Assembly (NCBI GenBank): GCA_049591615.1
Contig: JBAWFD010000101.1
Coordinates: 22,882 to 86,881 of the forward strand
Origin: Gammaproteobacteria bacterium
GTDB lineage: Bacteria > Pseudomonadota > Gammaproteobacteria > Natronospirales > REEB76
Length of the DNA stretch: 64,000 nucleotides
Reading direction: 5' to 3'
Below, one piece after another: positions 30,412-40,927 of this stretch. The translations under genes were made by a program, and so were the position numbers. How positions within the stretch are numbered: the stretch's first letter is position 1; each line of letters opens with the position of its first letter. The notes beneath the pieces were generated by a model that was not told the origin of the DNA, ran no database searches, and was given only the letters and a program-made list of their open reading frames with translations.

Positions 30412-31355
30412 AACGCGCACTCATCATCATTTCCTATTTGCTACTGTCACTGGTAGGGATCGGTATCCTGGCTTCAGCTGTGATGCTCACCGCCAATTCC
30501 GCCTATGCGCACCCGGTCAACGATGGCACACCCATCAATGAGACTCGCAGCGCCAAGGCCAATGGCAGCGTGGCGATCTCTAACGTGGCTGGCTCCGTGA
30601 AAGTCCAGGGCTGGAACAAGAACGAGATTCATGTGGGCGGGATGCTCGGCCGAGGTACAGAGCGTCTCGATATCACGACCTCCGGCGATGGCTACAGCAT
30701 CCGCGTGATTCTGCCCAGAGATTCCGATGATAATGTTGAGGGCTCGGACTTGGTGATCAATGTGCCCATTGCCAGCCGCTTGTCGGTGAATACAGTGAGT
30801 GCCGGCATCGATGCTGATGCTCTCAACGGAACCGCACAACTTGTAAGTGTGAGCGGCAACGTGACGCTTAAGTCCAATGACAGTGATATCTCCGCCAGAT
30901 CCGTGAGCGGTGCGGTGAATATCCTGGGTTCCACCAACGACGCCTATGTGCGCGCCCATAGCGTTAGCGGTGATGTCAAAATCGATGGAGTGGGTGGTGA
31001 CCTGCAGGCCGAGAGTGTCAGCGGTACTGCTAAAGTTATCCAGAGTCGCCTGAGCCGCGCACAATTGAGCTCCACTTCAGGCAACGTGGACTTCACCGGT
31101 GCACTGCAGAAGAATGGCAGCTATTCCTTCAACAGCATCAGCGGCAATCTGACGCTGGTATTGCTAGTCACCCCCGATGCGCGCTTCGATATTTCCAGCT
31201 TCAGTGGCGACATCAACAACGCGTTTGGCCCCAAGGCGCAACGCACCAGTGAATACTACGCACCGGGTGAAGAACTGCACTTCGTGAGCGGCAGCGGCAG
31301 CGCCCAAGTCAACGCCCGCACCCTGAGCGGTAATATCTCCCTGCGCACACCTTGA
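30408..31355 (+). CDS. DUF4097-like beta-helical repeat protein (LiaG/YvlB-type putative adhesin)
   Basis: N-terminal TM/signal segment. Reiterated SVSG-x-V/I motifs (SVSGNVTL, SVSGAVNI, SVSGDVKI, SVSGTAKV, SISGNLTL, LSGNISL). ATGA overlap with the anti-sigma gene. Confidence 0.65.
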   Translation: MKRALIIISYLLLSLVGIGILASAVMLTANSAYAHPVNDGTPINETRSAKANGSVAISNVAGSVKVQGWNKNEIHVGGMLGRGTERLDITTSGDGYSIRVILPRDSDDNVEGSDLVINVPIASRLSVNTVSAGIDADALNGTAQLVSVSGNVTLKSNDSDISARSVSGAVNILGSTNDAYVRAHSVSGDVKIDGVGGDLQAESVSGTAKVIQSRLSRAQLSSTSGNVDFTGALQKNGSYSFNSISGNLTLVLLVTPDARFDISSFSGDINNAFGPKAQRTSEYYAPGEELHFVSGSGSAQVNARTLSGNISLRTP

Positions 31356-31367
31356 AGATTCCGTGCT

Positions 31368-31408
31368 AACTCCCAGCCCCATACAATGAGGTTGGGAGTT
31401 ATATTTTG
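31368..31408. terminator. Putative bidirectional intrinsic terminator between the DUF4097 gene and the protease gene
   Basis: 11-bp stem AACTCCCAGCC / GGTTGGGAGTT (one G-U) with an 11-nt loop, followed by ATATTTTG. It sits in a convergent intergenic region. Confidence 0.6.
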
Positions 31409-31458
31409 CATCGTGTGATAGACGCTGGTATTCGCCGCATCTGACAGCTACTGGATAT

Positions 31459-34257
31459 CTACAGTACTATGCGCTGCCAGCCCTGCTGCGTATGCACGAC
31501 TTCGTAGGTCGGCCAGTAACGCAGATCAAGTTTCAGAGTGATGATCTGGCGGCCGCCATCCCAAGTGCGCACGCTCAGGCGCACAGTATCGCCGTCGTGC
31601 TTGTCTTTCACCGCGGCGATGAAGCTGCCCATGTCTGACGTACTGCGACCATCCACAGCCAGAATGCTCTGGCCCGGTGTCAGTCCGTAACGGCTAGCGG
31701 GTGATCCGAAATTGTAATAATCCACCAGCACGCCTGTGGTCGGCACATCGCTCTGTGCTGCAGTATGTTGTGGCTTCTGCAAGAGCGCGCCGGCCCACAT
31801 GAGGATGCGTTGGGTACCATCGCCATTCAGGCTCACGGTGGGCACCGTCACAGTCATGATATGGCCGTTGCGCAACAGTGTGAGCGCTACCTGTGGCCGT
31901 TGGCTGGCGGCTGCAACTTCCCGGTAGCCGATTGCGGGCTTGCCCTCCACCGTCAGCAGCAGATCGCCTGTCTGCAACAGCTTCGCGGCCGGCGTGCCGG
32001 CCGTCAGCCGCCAAACCGCCAATACCTGACGGCGTTGCGGTTCGGCGGCTTCCAGACGCTGGGCCCAATCCGCCGGCAGTCCCAGTTTGCGTGCCTGGGC
32101 AAGTGGTATCGGGTATAACTCCACATCCAATGTATGCACCAGACCGGTGCCTTCCACGGTGCGCAGCATATCCTGCAGTACTTCGGCGGGGATGCCGCGC
32201 TGCATCTCGCGTGTGTGGCCTCCATCATCGTAGGCGAAACTCGCCCACAACGCAGTGACGAGGCCGTCGCGATCCGTGAGCACCCCGGTGATATTCGCGG
32301 GTGGATTCACCAAGCTCAGCACTTCCAGGTTGGTATCGCGGAAGCGAAAGTCGCGTGAGGGCGGAAACATGACTGGATCAAGGGAAGCCACACGAGTTTC
32401 CTGACTGGCAAGCACCTGATTAGACTGCAATCCCACAACCCAGCCGGTATCGCCGACGCGCGCGGCCCGGTTACTGAAGCGGATAGCGCGCACCGGCGTT
32501 TTGCCGATAAGTGTGGTGTCATACCGAATCACTGCCAGATCATGCAAAGGATCGACGTAGATGACCTTGGCGGGAATTTCCAGAGAACCTGCAAACGTCA
32601 AGCGCACATCACCCATGGCCACCGGTACCGTATCCCGGTCCACCACCACCAGACCACGCGCCGCGTCCACGATGACACCAGTACCGATGTAATGGGTATC
32701 GCCAACGCCGTCGATGGGGTAAGGCATATCGAAATTCACGAATACCAGCGATGGCGCCAAGCGCTGCATGCGGACGTCATCGTAATGTGGAAAGCTGACT
32801 GTCGCCGGCAGCAATGGCGGCGGCGCGGGCGGCGGCAGTAAAACCGTACACGGCCAGTTGCCAGTCGCATCGTCGCGCGGGCAACGGTCCGCCGGGTACC
32901 AGCGCCGATCGATGCTGATGATGCCCAAAATGGAATGGCTGGGGTCCGTGAGGCTGAAATAACGCACGGTCACCTGCGCCAGGTCCGGTAGCGTTATCAG
33001 GACTTTCTGGAATTCATCCAGATCCCTTACCGCTACGCCGTTAAAGTCCATGATGACGCTGCCGCGCCCGATGCCAGCGGTGCTGAATACGTAACCGGGG
33101 TTGGCCACGTACACGCCGCTGACCGGTACGTTGAAACTATGGGCCTGCTGATAGGAAAGATCGTTCAATACCGCGCCGCCAAACTCCAGATAATCATCCG
33201 GCATGATGCTGTCCAGATTCTGTACCTTGACCTGCGCAGTCACCGGCACGCCGCCGCGGTTAAGTTCGAGCGTCAGGGTTTTACCAATGGAGCTGTCGAG
33301 GATCTCTTCCAATGGCATGAAACTGGTAATGGTTTGACCATTCACGCCCAGCAGAATATCGCCCGTTTGCAGAATGCCATCTGCCGGTCCGCCCGGCTGA
33401 ACCTGATACGCTACCAACAGGCCGCTGGCTTGCGGATCACGCTTGCGCAAGCGTGTCTCATCAGCGGCCGGAAGGCCCAGGCGTTCCAGTTCATCGTAAT
33501 ACTGGAAATCGAATACTGTTTGAATGGTGCCGCGGGTCACAGGTTTGCCGGCTTCGATGAGATTCAGTGCGCGTACCACCGGGCCCAGTGGCAGGAAATA
33601 ACTGGAAGCCGCATCGGCGCGCGCACCGGCATTGAGTGCGATCACATCCCCGTTGATATCGATGACTGGTGAGCCGGAGGAACCGCCGCTGGTACCGGAC
33701 ACTGCCTGCATATAGAAAGTATTGAAATCATTGTAGCCGCCCGGGCCATATTCAGGTGCCGCGCGGTCGGTGCGAGCCAGCGTGCCGCTGAGGATGGACA
33801 ACTGTTCGCCCGCATCATTGCCGATGACGCGGATCTCCTCGCCTACGCGCGCGGACCGTGGTGCGAGCACCAGCGCGCTTGGATGCATGTACTTGAGCGC
33901 CTTGGGATCGTAGCGGTAGAAGCCGAAATCATGCACTGGATCCCGGTAGATGGGTGTCAGCGGCACGACTTCATGATCCTGGAATACGGCCTCAGCCACC
34001 ACCGGCCCGGAGGTGACCACGTGACGGTTAGTTAGGATGATGCCGCGTGCTGCGTCCACCACGAAACCCGTGGCCTGGCCACTCAGATTCCATTCGGTGT
34101 CGAAGGCGCGGGTGGCATCCACGCGGATGGACACGATGCCGGGGGACACGCGTGCGATGGTATCAGTCCACTGCTGGTCGTTGCCGCTGTTGGCGGCAAA
34201 CGCCGAAGCACTGCATAACAGCAGCAACAGGACTGAGAAGCGGCGCGTAGATGGCAT
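31459..34257 (-). CDS. Secreted Nma111/Deg7-like tandem HtrA-type serine protease with PDZ domains
   Basis: Signal peptide LLLLLCSASAFA. The first half has TNRHVV (His), HDFGF (Asp) and GTSGGSSGSPV (Ser). The second half repeats the fold, but VDRDTV replaces the His motif. 932 aa. Confidence 0.75.
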   Translation of the reverse strand: MPSTRRFSVLLLLLCSASAFAANSGNDQQWTDTIARVSPGIVSIRVDATRAFDTEWNLSGQATGFVVDAARGIILTNRHVVTSGPVVAEAVFQDHEVVPLTPIYRDPVHDFGFYRYDPKALKYMHPSALVLAPRSARVGEEIRVIGNDAGEQLSILSGTLARTDRAAPEYGPGGYNDFNTFYMQAVSGTSGGSSGSPVIDINGDVIALNAGARADAASSYFLPLGPVVRALNLIEAGKPVTRGTIQTVFDFQYYDELERLGLPAADETRLRKRDPQASGLLVAYQVQPGGPADGILQTGDILLGVNGQTITSFMPLEEILDSSIGKTLTLELNRGGVPVTAQVKVQNLDSIMPDDYLEFGGAVLNDLSYQQAHSFNVPVSGVYVANPGYVFSTAGIGRGSVIMDFNGVAVRDLDEFQKVLITLPDLAQVTVRYFSLTDPSHSILGIISIDRRWYPADRCPRDDATGNWPCTVLLPPPAPPPLLPATVSFPHYDDVRMQRLAPSLVFVNFDMPYPIDGVGDTHYIGTGVIVDAARGLVVVDRDTVPVAMGDVRLTFAGSLEIPAKVIYVDPLHDLAVIRYDTTLIGKTPVRAIRFSNRAARVGDTGWVVGLQSNQVLASQETRVASLDPVMFPPSRDFRFRDTNLEVLSLVNPPANITGVLTDRDGLVTALWASFAYDDGGHTREMQRGIPAEVLQDMLRTVEGTGLVHTLDVELYPIPLAQARKLGLPADWAQRLEAAEPQRRQVLAVWRLTAGTPAAKLLQTGDLLLTVEGKPAIGYREVAAASQRPQVALTLLRNGHIMTVTVPTVSLNGDGTQRILMWAGALLQKPQHTAAQSDVPTTGVLVDYYNFGSPASRYGLTPGQSILAVDGRSTSDMGSFIAAVKDKHDGDTVRLSVRTWDGGRQIITLKLDLRYWPTYEVVHTQQGWQRIVL

Positions 34258-34314
34258 ATGGTGAATCCGTCAGTGAGTAATAACTGATATGTCCGGAGTG
34301 TTGCTCCAGGATAT

Positions 34315-35247
34315 CTACAATTTGTAACCGAAAACCTGTTCGAAGCGCTGTGCGAATTCCTCACGGCTGAAGTGATGGTTCTGGGTACCGCGAGACGCGA
34401 TCTTGATCGATCCCATGAGCGAGGCGATGTTACCGGTGGTCTCCAGGTCCTTGTCATGCATCAGGCCGTATATGAGACCTGCCCGATAAGCGTCCCCACA
34501 GCCGGTGGGATCGCGTACCTCTTTGGTAACTACTGCTGGTACGTCGATGCGGCGCTGTTTGCTATAGATCACCGAACCCTTGGCGCCCCAGGTAACAACC
34601 AATGCCGCCACCTGGTCGGCGATCGCGTAGGCGCTGAGACCGGTTTTCTGTTCCAGCATCTGGGATTCGTAATCGTTGAGCGCCACCCAGGTGGCCATCT
34701 CGATGAATTCCTTGAGTTCCTTGCCGGAGAACAGCGGCAGGCCTTGACCGGGGTCGAACAGGAATGGGATACCGGCATCATAGAACTGGTGCGCGTGTTG
34801 CAGCATACCGAACTTGCCGTCCGGCGCGATGACGCCGAAGTTCATGCCTTTGTCCGCGGGCACGCTTTGTTCATGGGCATGCTGCATGGCGCCCGGATGG
34901 AAAGCCGTGATCTGGTTGTTATCCGTATCGGTGGTGATAAAGGCCTGTGCGGTGTAGGTACCCGGGACTCCTTTGATGTATTCCCTGCTCACGCCATGCT
35001 TGTCCATCCAGTCGGCGTACGGTTTGAAATCCGTGCCGACAGTCGCCATGGGGTAGCCATTGCCGCCCAACAGTTTCAGGTTATAGGCGATATTGCCGGC
35101 GGTACCGCCGAATTCGCGGCGCAGCTCTGGCACCTCAAAACATACATTCAAGATATGGATCTTGTCCGGCAGGATGTGATTCTTGAACGGCTCCGTGTAC
35201 GCCATGATGGTGTCGTAGGCCATGGAGCCGCAAATGAGTGCTGACAT
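34315..35247 (-). CDS. PfkB-family carbohydrate/nucleoside kinase (adenosine-kinase-like)
   Basis: GGTAGNIAYNL...DPTGCGDAYRAG PfkB signatures. Confidence 0.8.
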   Translation of the reverse strand: MSALICGSMAYDTIMAYTEPFKNHILPDKIHILNVCFEVPELRREFGGTAGNIAYNLKLLGGNGYPMATVGTDFKPYADWMDKHGVSREYIKGVPGTYTAQAFITTDTDNNQITAFHPGAMQHAHEQSVPADKGMNFGVIAPDGKFGMLQHAHQFYDAGIPFLFDPGQGLPLFSGKELKEFIEMATWVALNDYESQMLEQKTGLSAYAIADQVAALVVTWGAKGSVIYSKQRRIDVPAVVTKEVRDPTGCGDAYRAGLIYGLMHDKDLETTGNIASLMGSIKIASRGTQNHHFSREEFAQRFEQVFGYKL

Positions 35248-35263
35248 GCAGGTGGACTCCGAT

Positions 35264-35635
35264 TCAGATCAGGACAAAACACCAGACCAGCACGGCGTTC
35301 AGCAACGCGATCATCACGGCTGCCGAGCCGATATCCTTGGCCAAGCCGGAGAGTTCATGCCGTTCCTTACCGATTCGGTCCACTGCGATCTCGATGCCGG
35401 TGTTGAGCAATTCGGTCACCAATACCAGCAAGAGGCTGCTGATAAGCAGCGCACGTGCTACACCTGAATTTCCAAGCCATATTGCCAGTGGTATACCGGG
35501 GATCAGGGCCAATAGCTCCAGCCGCAGCGCTTCCTCGTTCCGCATGCCCCAGCGCAGTGCACTCACACCCACACGCGTGGCACGCAGCAATCGCTGGATA
35601 CCAGTGATCCCATCCGTGCTGCGTACCACATTCAT
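35264..35635 (-). CDS. dgkA: Diacylglycerol kinase
   Basis: LLVLVTELLNTGIEIAVDRIG...LAKDIGSAAV. About 120 aa with three TM segments. Confidence 0.85.
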   Translation of the reverse strand: MNVVRSTDGITGIQRLLRATRVGVSALRWGMRNEEALRLELLALIPGIPLAIWLGNSGVARALLISSLLLVLVTELLNTGIEIAVDRIGKERHELSGLAKDIGSAAVMIALLNAVLVWCFVLI

Positions 35636-35644
35636 CGTGGGTGA

Positions 35645-36148
35645 TTATCCACCGAGGGCTTGTAGGGCGGCTTGGTAATCCGGTTCATTGGAGATGTCCG
35701 GGACCATCTGTGTATAGACAACCTTGTCGTTGGCATCCAGCACCACCACCGCACGCGCAGTGACGCCCGCCAATGGACCGTCCTGGATAAGCACGCCATA
35801 GTCTTGCGCGAATTTTTTATCGCGCATGAGCGACAGAGGTACCACGTTTTCCAGATGCTCCACGCCACAGAAACGACCCATGGCGAACGGCAGATCGGCG
35901 GACACGATCAGGATCACGGTGTCTTTGTGTGCCTTGGCATGATCATTGAATTTCTTGGTGGACAGGGCACATACCGGCGTATCCAGGCTTGGAACGATGT
36001 TGAGGAGCTTCTTCTTGCCCTTGTAATCAGCCAGCGACACGTCTTTCAGGTCCTTGGAAGTGAGCTTGAAATCCGGCGCTTGACTGCCGGTTTTCGGCAG
36101 CTCGCCACTGGTATGCACGGGATTTCCACGTAATGCGATCTTGGCCAT
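35645..36148 (-). CDS. tpx: Thiol peroxidase
   Basis: APDFKLT...[14 protein letters not shown]...CGVE. Confidence 0.92.
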   Translation of the reverse strand: MAKIALRGNPVHTSGELPKTGSQAPDFKLTSKDLKDVSLADYKGKKKLLNIVPSLDTPVCALSTKKFNDHAKAHKDTVILIVSADLPFAMGRFCGVEHLENVVPLSLMRDKKFAQDYGVLIQDGPLAGVTARAVVVLDANDKVVYTQMVPDISNEPDYQAALQALGG

Positions 36149-36194
36149 GATGAATCTCCTTCAATTGCAAAAGTAAAGCAGTGCGGGGTACCCG

Positions 36195-36238
36195 CCCCTC
36201 ACTCTACCCTCTCGCCCACAGGGGCAGAGGTCAGAGTG
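36195..36238 (+). repeat. REP-like intergenic hairpin repeat (copy d)
   Basis: CCCCTCACTCTACCCTCTCGCCC-ACA-GGGGCAGAGGTCAGAGTG. It lies between the gcvP stop and the tpx start. Confidence 0.7.
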
Positions 36239-36259
36239 TGCGACCGAATGGCCACACGA

Positions 36260-39181
36260 TCATTCATATGCACTCACGGGTGGACAACCGCACATCAGGT
36301 TCTTATCGCCATAAACATTGTCGGCACGGCTCACCGGCGGCCAGTATTTCTGTCTACGCAGAGATACCAGCGGGTAAGCCGCCTGCTCACGTGAGTATGC
36401 ATGCGTCCACTTGTCGGCGGTGACCATCTCGGCGGTATGCGGGGCGTGCTTGAGCGGATTATCCTCCCGGTCCAGTTTGCCCTGCTCAACCGCACGGATT
36501 TCCTCGCGGATAGCAATCATGGCCTCTACGAAACGATCCAGCTCAGCCTTGGATTCCGATTCAGTGGGTTCCACCATGAGCGTGCCTGGCACCGGGAAAC
36601 TCATGGTAGGTGCGTGGAAGCCATAATCCATGAGGCGCTTGGCCACGTCCTCCACGCTGATGCCGCTGCTCTCCTTCAAAGGCCGCAGATCGAGGATGCA
36701 TTCATGCGCCACCAGACCCCCAGGCCCGGTGTACAGCACCGGGTAATGGGGCGCGAGCTTCTTCGCCAGATAATTGGCGTTCAGGATCGCCACTTCGCTG
36801 GCCGCCGTGAGCCCGGCTGCGCCCATCATGGCGATGTACATCCAGGAGATGGGCAATATGGAAGCGGATCCATAGGGCGCGCCGGTGATGCCGCCGATGC
36901 CGTCGCGGCCGCGCTCGTAACCCACGGCCCGTAGATTCGGCAGGAATTTCGCCAGGTGCGCGGCCACTGCCACCGGACCCACGCCGGGTCCGCCGCCGCC
37001 ATGCGGGATACAAAAGGTCTTGTGCAGATTCAGGTGTGAGACATCACCGCCGAATTGGCCGGGTGCCGCCAGACCCACCATGGCATTCAGGTTGGCGCCG
37101 TCCACGTACACCTGGCCGCCGTGCTGGTGCACGATCTCGCACACCTGGCGTACATCCGTTTCGAACACCCCATGGGTCGAAGGATAAGTGATCATGATGG
37201 CGGCCAGATCGCGCTTGTATTCCTCGGCCTTGGCCTTGAGGTCCCCGAGATCGATGTTGCCATACTCGTCACAGGCCACCACTACGACGCGCATGCCTGC
37301 CATCATGGCCGAGGCCGGATTGGTACCGTGAGCCGAAGAAGGAATCAAGCAAACCGTGCGCCGCGCATCACCATGCGATGCATGGTAGGCCTTGATGATC
37401 AGCAGGCCAGCATATTCGCCCTGGGAGCCGGCATTGGGCTGCAGGGAAACCGCCGCATAGCCGGTGATGGCTACCAGCATTTGTTCGAGTTGCGCGATCA
37501 TGACCCGGTAGCCGGCAGTCTGCTCCATGGGCGCGAACGGATGCATGGCACCGAACTCCGGCCAAGTGACCGGCAGCATCTCACTGGTGGCATTCAGTTT
37601 CATGGTGCAGGATCCCAGCGGGATCATGCTGCGGTCCAAGGCCAGGTCCTTGTCGGCCAGGCTGCGCAGATAGCGCAGCATCTCGTGCTCCGAGTGATGC
37701 TGGTTGAAGACCGGATGCGTGAGATAGGCGCTGGTGCGCAACAACTTGTTGGGAATGCCGCCTAGTGCAGGGTCCTCAGTCAGTGTCAGGGAGTACATAT
37801 CGGCATCATTACCCTGCGCTTCAGCGAATACCGATAGGAGTACCAGCACATCCTCACGCGACGTGGTCTCATCCAGTGAGATACCTACATGCCGTTCATC
37901 GACCACACGCAGATTCATGCGGTGGCCATGCACTAACGCATGCACGGCAGCCGTGTGCTTGCCGGTAGTGATGGTCAGGGTATCGAAGAAGGATGCATTC
38001 ACCACCTCCAAACCCAGCTGCTTCAGGCCAACCGCAAGCATCGCTGTCAGACGCTGCACTCGCTCAGCCATAGTGCGCAAACCTTTGGGGCCGTGATAGA
38101 CCGCATACATGCCCGCCATGATGGCCAGCAGTGCTTGGGCCGTGCAGATGTTGGAGGTGGCTTTCTCGCGGCGGATGTGTTGCTCGCGAGTTTGCAATGC
38201 GAGTCGATAGGCCTGCTTGCCTTGGGCGTCCACGGTCACACCCACCAGGCGCCCCGGCATCGATCGTTTGTAGGCATCGCGGGTAGCCAGATACGCGGCA
38301 TGCGGCCCGCCGAATCCCATGGGTACGCCGAAACGCTGGCTGTTGCCCACAGCTACATCCGCACCCCATTCACCCGGCGGCGTGAGCAGCGTGAGCGCCA
38401 AGAGGTCGGCGGCCACCACAACGCCCGCACCTTTAGCATGCATCTTCTCCGTGAGCGCGCGGTAATCGCGCACCTCACCATTCACGCCTGGATACTGCAA
38501 GAGCACGCCGAAGCAATCGGCGTTGGCAGCGTCACTGGCTTTGCCAGTCTTCACGATGATTCCAAGTGATCTGGCGCGGGTCTGTACCACCTCGATGGTC
38601 TGGGGCAGCACATCGTCTGCCACGAAAAATACATCGGAACTGGATTTGCCGGCCCGTTTCACCAGGGTCATGGCTTCGGCGGCAGCACTGGCCTCGTCCA
38701 GCAGGGAGGCATTGGCAATGTCGAGGGCCGTGAGATCGATGACCATCTGCTGGAAATTGACGAGCGCTTCGAGACGCCCCTGGGAGATTTCCGGTTGGTA
38801 GGGTGTGTAAGAGGTATACCAGGCGGGATTCTCGAACACGTTGCGCAAGATTACGCCGGGCGTATAGGTGCCGTAATAGCCCTGGCCGATGAATGATTTG
38901 TAAACCTGGTTCTTGTCGGCCAGAATCCTGAGCTCCACCAGCGCTTCCTGTTCAGATTTCGGCTGCGAGAAGCTGCCCAGTGGCATGGCGCTTGGCAGCC
39001 GGATGCTGGCCGGCACCACCGCTTCCATGAGTGCCTTGCGGGTGGCATAGCCCAATTCGTTCAGCATCCGCTGCTGTTCGGCGGCGTCCGATCCTATATG
39101 CCGGCCAATGAACGCACCATGCTGCTCCAGCTCGTTGAGGGAGCCGTGGGAAACCTTCGAAAGTTCAGTCACTGCATTCAT
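36260..39181 (-). CDS. gcvP: Glycine dehydrogenase (decarboxylating), single-chain P protein
   Basis: 973 aa. FIGRHIG..., [14 protein letters not shown] and [18 protein letters not shown]. Confidence 0.95.
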   Translation of the reverse strand: MNAVTELSKVSHGSLNELEQHGAFIGRHIGSDAAEQQRMLNELGYATRKALMEAVVPASIRLPSAMPLGSFSQPKSEQEALVELRILADKNQVYKSFIGQGYYGTYTPGVILRNVFENPAWYTSYTPYQPEISQGRLEALVNFQQMVIDLTALDIANASLLDEASAAAEAMTLVKRAGKSSSDVFFVADDVLPQTIEVVQTRARSLGIIVKTGKASDAANADCFGVLLQYPGVNGEVRDYRALTEKMHAKGAGVVVAADLLALTLLTPPGEWGADVAVGNSQRFGVPMGFGGPHAAYLATRDAYKRSMPGRLVGVTVDAQGKQAYRLALQTREQHIRREKATSNICTAQALLAIMAGMYAVYHGPKGLRTMAERVQRLTAMLAVGLKQLGLEVVNASFFDTLTITTGKHTAAVHALVHGHRMNLRVVDERHVGISLDETTSREDVLVLLSVFAEAQGNDADMYSLTLTEDPALGGIPNKLLRTSAYLTHPVFNQHHSEHEMLRYLRSLADKDLALDRSMIPLGSCTMKLNATSEMLPVTWPEFGAMHPFAPMEQTAGYRVMIAQLEQMLVAITGYAAVSLQPNAGSQGEYAGLLIIKAYHASHGDARRTVCLIPSSAHGTNPASAMMAGMRVVVVACDEYGNIDLGDLKAKAEEYKRDLAAIMITYPSTHGVFETDVRQVCEIVHQHGGQVYVDGANLNAMVGLAAPGQFGGDVSHLNLHKTFCIPHGGGGPGVGPVAVAAHLAKFLPNLRAVGYERGRDGIGGITGAPYGSASILPISWMYIAMMGAAGLTAASEVAILNANYLAKKLAPHYPVLYTGPGGLVAHECILDLRPLKESSGISVEDVAKRLMDYGFHAPTMSFPVPGTLMVEPTESESKAELDRFVEAMIAIREEIRAVEQGKLDREDNPLKHAPHTAEMVTADKWTHAYSREQAAYPLVSLRRQKYWPPVSRADNVYGDKNLMCGCPPVSAYE

Positions 39182-39261
39182 GCCTGGAAAATCTCACAAA
39201 ACCGCGACACATGCGATATATGCGTCCACACGCTTGGAAACCAAGACCTGATTCTAGGCTC

Positions 39262-39651
39262 TCAGTCCTCGTCCTTCAGTACCTGTTCGTAAGCCCTGGC
39301 ATCCAGCAGCGCTTTCAAATCTGCCGGGTTCGCGGGTTTGACGCGCAGTATCCAGTTGCCATAGGGATCCGCATTGATCTTCTCGGGCGCATCCGAGAGC
39401 CCGGAGTTGCCTTCGAGCACCTCACCCGCTATCGGGCTGTATATATCGGAGGCCGCCTTGACGGATTCCACCACCGCACAAGCTTCACCGGCCGCCAGCT
39501 TGCGACCGGATTGCGGCACCTCCACAAACACGATGTCGCCGAGCGCTTCCTGGGCATGGTCGGTGATGCCGATGGTGACGCTGCCGTCACTGGTGCTGTT
39601 CACCCATTCGTGGCTCTTGGTGTACTTAAGATCGGCTGGAACTTTGCTCAT
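39262..39651 (-). CDS. gcvH: Glycine cleavage system H protein
   Basis: LKYTKSHEW...[13 protein letters not shown] lipoyl-lysine motif. Confidence 0.95.
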   Translation of the reverse strand: MSKVPADLKYTKSHEWVNSTSDGSVTIGITDHAQEALGDIVFVEVPQSGRKLAAGEACAVVESVKAASDIYSPIAGEVLEGNSGLSDAPEKINADPYGNWILRVKPANPADLKALLDARAYEQVLKDED

Positions 39652-39679
39652 GGGCTTCTCCGAGATACTTTGAATACAG

Positions 39680-40765
39680 TTACTTTATTAATGCCTTGCC
39701 ATTACGGGCGAATGGCGGCTTCACCACCCGTGCTCTACTGAGCTTGCCGCGTATATCCACCTGTACCGCATCGCCGGTGTTCACCGGCACGCGCGCCAAG
39801 GCGATGGAGCGCTCCAGCGTGGGCGAGAACGTGCCGCTGGTGATCTCACCTACACCGGCACCATCCACAATCACGGTCTGGTGGCTGCGCATGACGCCTT
39901 TATCTTCGAGCACTAATCCCACAAACTTACGTTTGATGCCGGCATCGCGCTGGGCTTCGAGGGCGTAGCGCCCGATAAAAACCCGCTCCACCGGTTCCCA
40001 GGCGACGGTCCAGTCAAGACCGGATTCCAAGGGCGTCACATTCTCGTCCATATCCTGGCCGTAGAGATTCATGGCGGCTTCCAGGCGCAGTGTGTCACGT
40101 GCGCCGAGCCCACAGGGCACTACACCTTGAGCGATCAGCGCCTGCCAAAATGCCACAGCCTGCCCAGGCGGCAGCATGATCTCGAAACCGTCCTCGCCGG
40201 TGTAGCCGGTGCGTGCGATAAAGAAACCGCCGAACTTGAGCGCCATAAACGGTTTGAGTGCCAGCGCCGGCTCGCGCGCAGCGTCGGGCAATGCCCGCAC
40301 GGCTTTCTCACGCGCCTTCGGTCCCTGGACCGCTATCATGACCAGATCCCGTTCGCTGATCTGCACGTCGAATGCCTGCGCTTGTTCGCCGATCCACGCC
40401 ATATCCTTGTCGTGAGTGGCGGCGTTCACCACCATGCGGAACCAGTCGTTGCGTAGGTAGTACACGATCAGGTCGTCGATGATGCCGCCTTGCTCGTTGA
40501 GCATGCAGCTGTACAGTGCCTTGCCCGGTACGCGCAGCTTGTCCACATCGTTGGCCAACAGCATGCGCAGAAACTCGCGCGTCTTCGGGCCTTCCAGATC
40601 CACCACCGTCATGTGCGAGACATCGAACATGCCGGCATCGCGCCGCACTGCATGATGCTCCTCGATCTGTGAACCGTAATTGACCGGCATGTCCCAGCCG
40701 CCAAAATCCACCATGCGAGCGCCGGCGGCTACGTGCGTTTCATACAAAACTGTGTGCTTGCCCAT
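39680..40765 (-). CDS. gcvT: Aminomethyltransferase (glycine cleavage T protein)
   Basis: [26 protein letters not shown]...FDVSHM. Start set at MGKHT (40765); the GTG at 40828 lies inside a terminator-like hairpin. Confidence 0.92.
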   Translation of the reverse strand: MGKHTVLYETHVAAGARMVDFGGWDMPVNYGSQIEEHHAVRRDAGMFDVSHMTVVDLEGPKTREFLRMLLANDVDKLRVPGKALYSCMLNEQGGIIDDLIVYYLRNDWFRMVVNAATHDKDMAWIGEQAQAFDVQISERDLVMIAVQGPKAREKAVRALPDAAREPALALKPFMALKFGGFFIARTGYTGEDGFEIMLPPGQAVAFWQALIAQGVVPCGLGARDTLRLEAAMNLYGQDMDENVTPLESGLDWTVAWEPVERVFIGRYALEAQRDAGIKRKFVGLVLEDKGVMRSHQTVIVDGAGVGEITSGTFSPTLERSIALARVPVNTGDAVQVDIRGKLSRARVVKPPFARNGKALIK

Positions 40766-40788
40766 GTGGACGGAAACCCAAGTGGCTG

Positions 40789-40820
40789 AAAACAAAAGGC
40801 GGCGGGTAATCCCACCGCCC
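40789..40820 (-). terminator. Intrinsic-terminator-like hairpin 24 nt upstream of the gcvT start (terminator of the DUF885 gene and/or gcvT leader attenuator)
   Basis: The minus strand reads GGCGGTGGG-ATTA-CCCGCCGCC (9 bp, one G-U) followed by TTTTGTTTT. Confidence 0.6.
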
Positions 40821-40927
40821 ACGGACACTTATCCGGTGAAAGGGCTGTCCCGCAGGTTAAATAGAGCCTGCGGGAGCAGCAAAATGATACCGGAAAGCTC
40901 TGGCCTACACCACGCAGGCCGTCCGCT

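Noticed and set aside
34372-35244. A 290-aa ORF antisense to the PfkB kinase gene.
   Set aside because: It is a shadow ORF. The minus-strand frame carries both PfkB signatures.
40766-40927. A canonical glycine riboswitch upstream of gcvT.
   Set aside because: I searched the minus-strand leader by eye for the GGAGAG, ACCGAAGG(G/A)GCAA and CUCAGGCAAAAGGAC cores and found none. Only a terminator-like hairpin is reported, as a separate finding.
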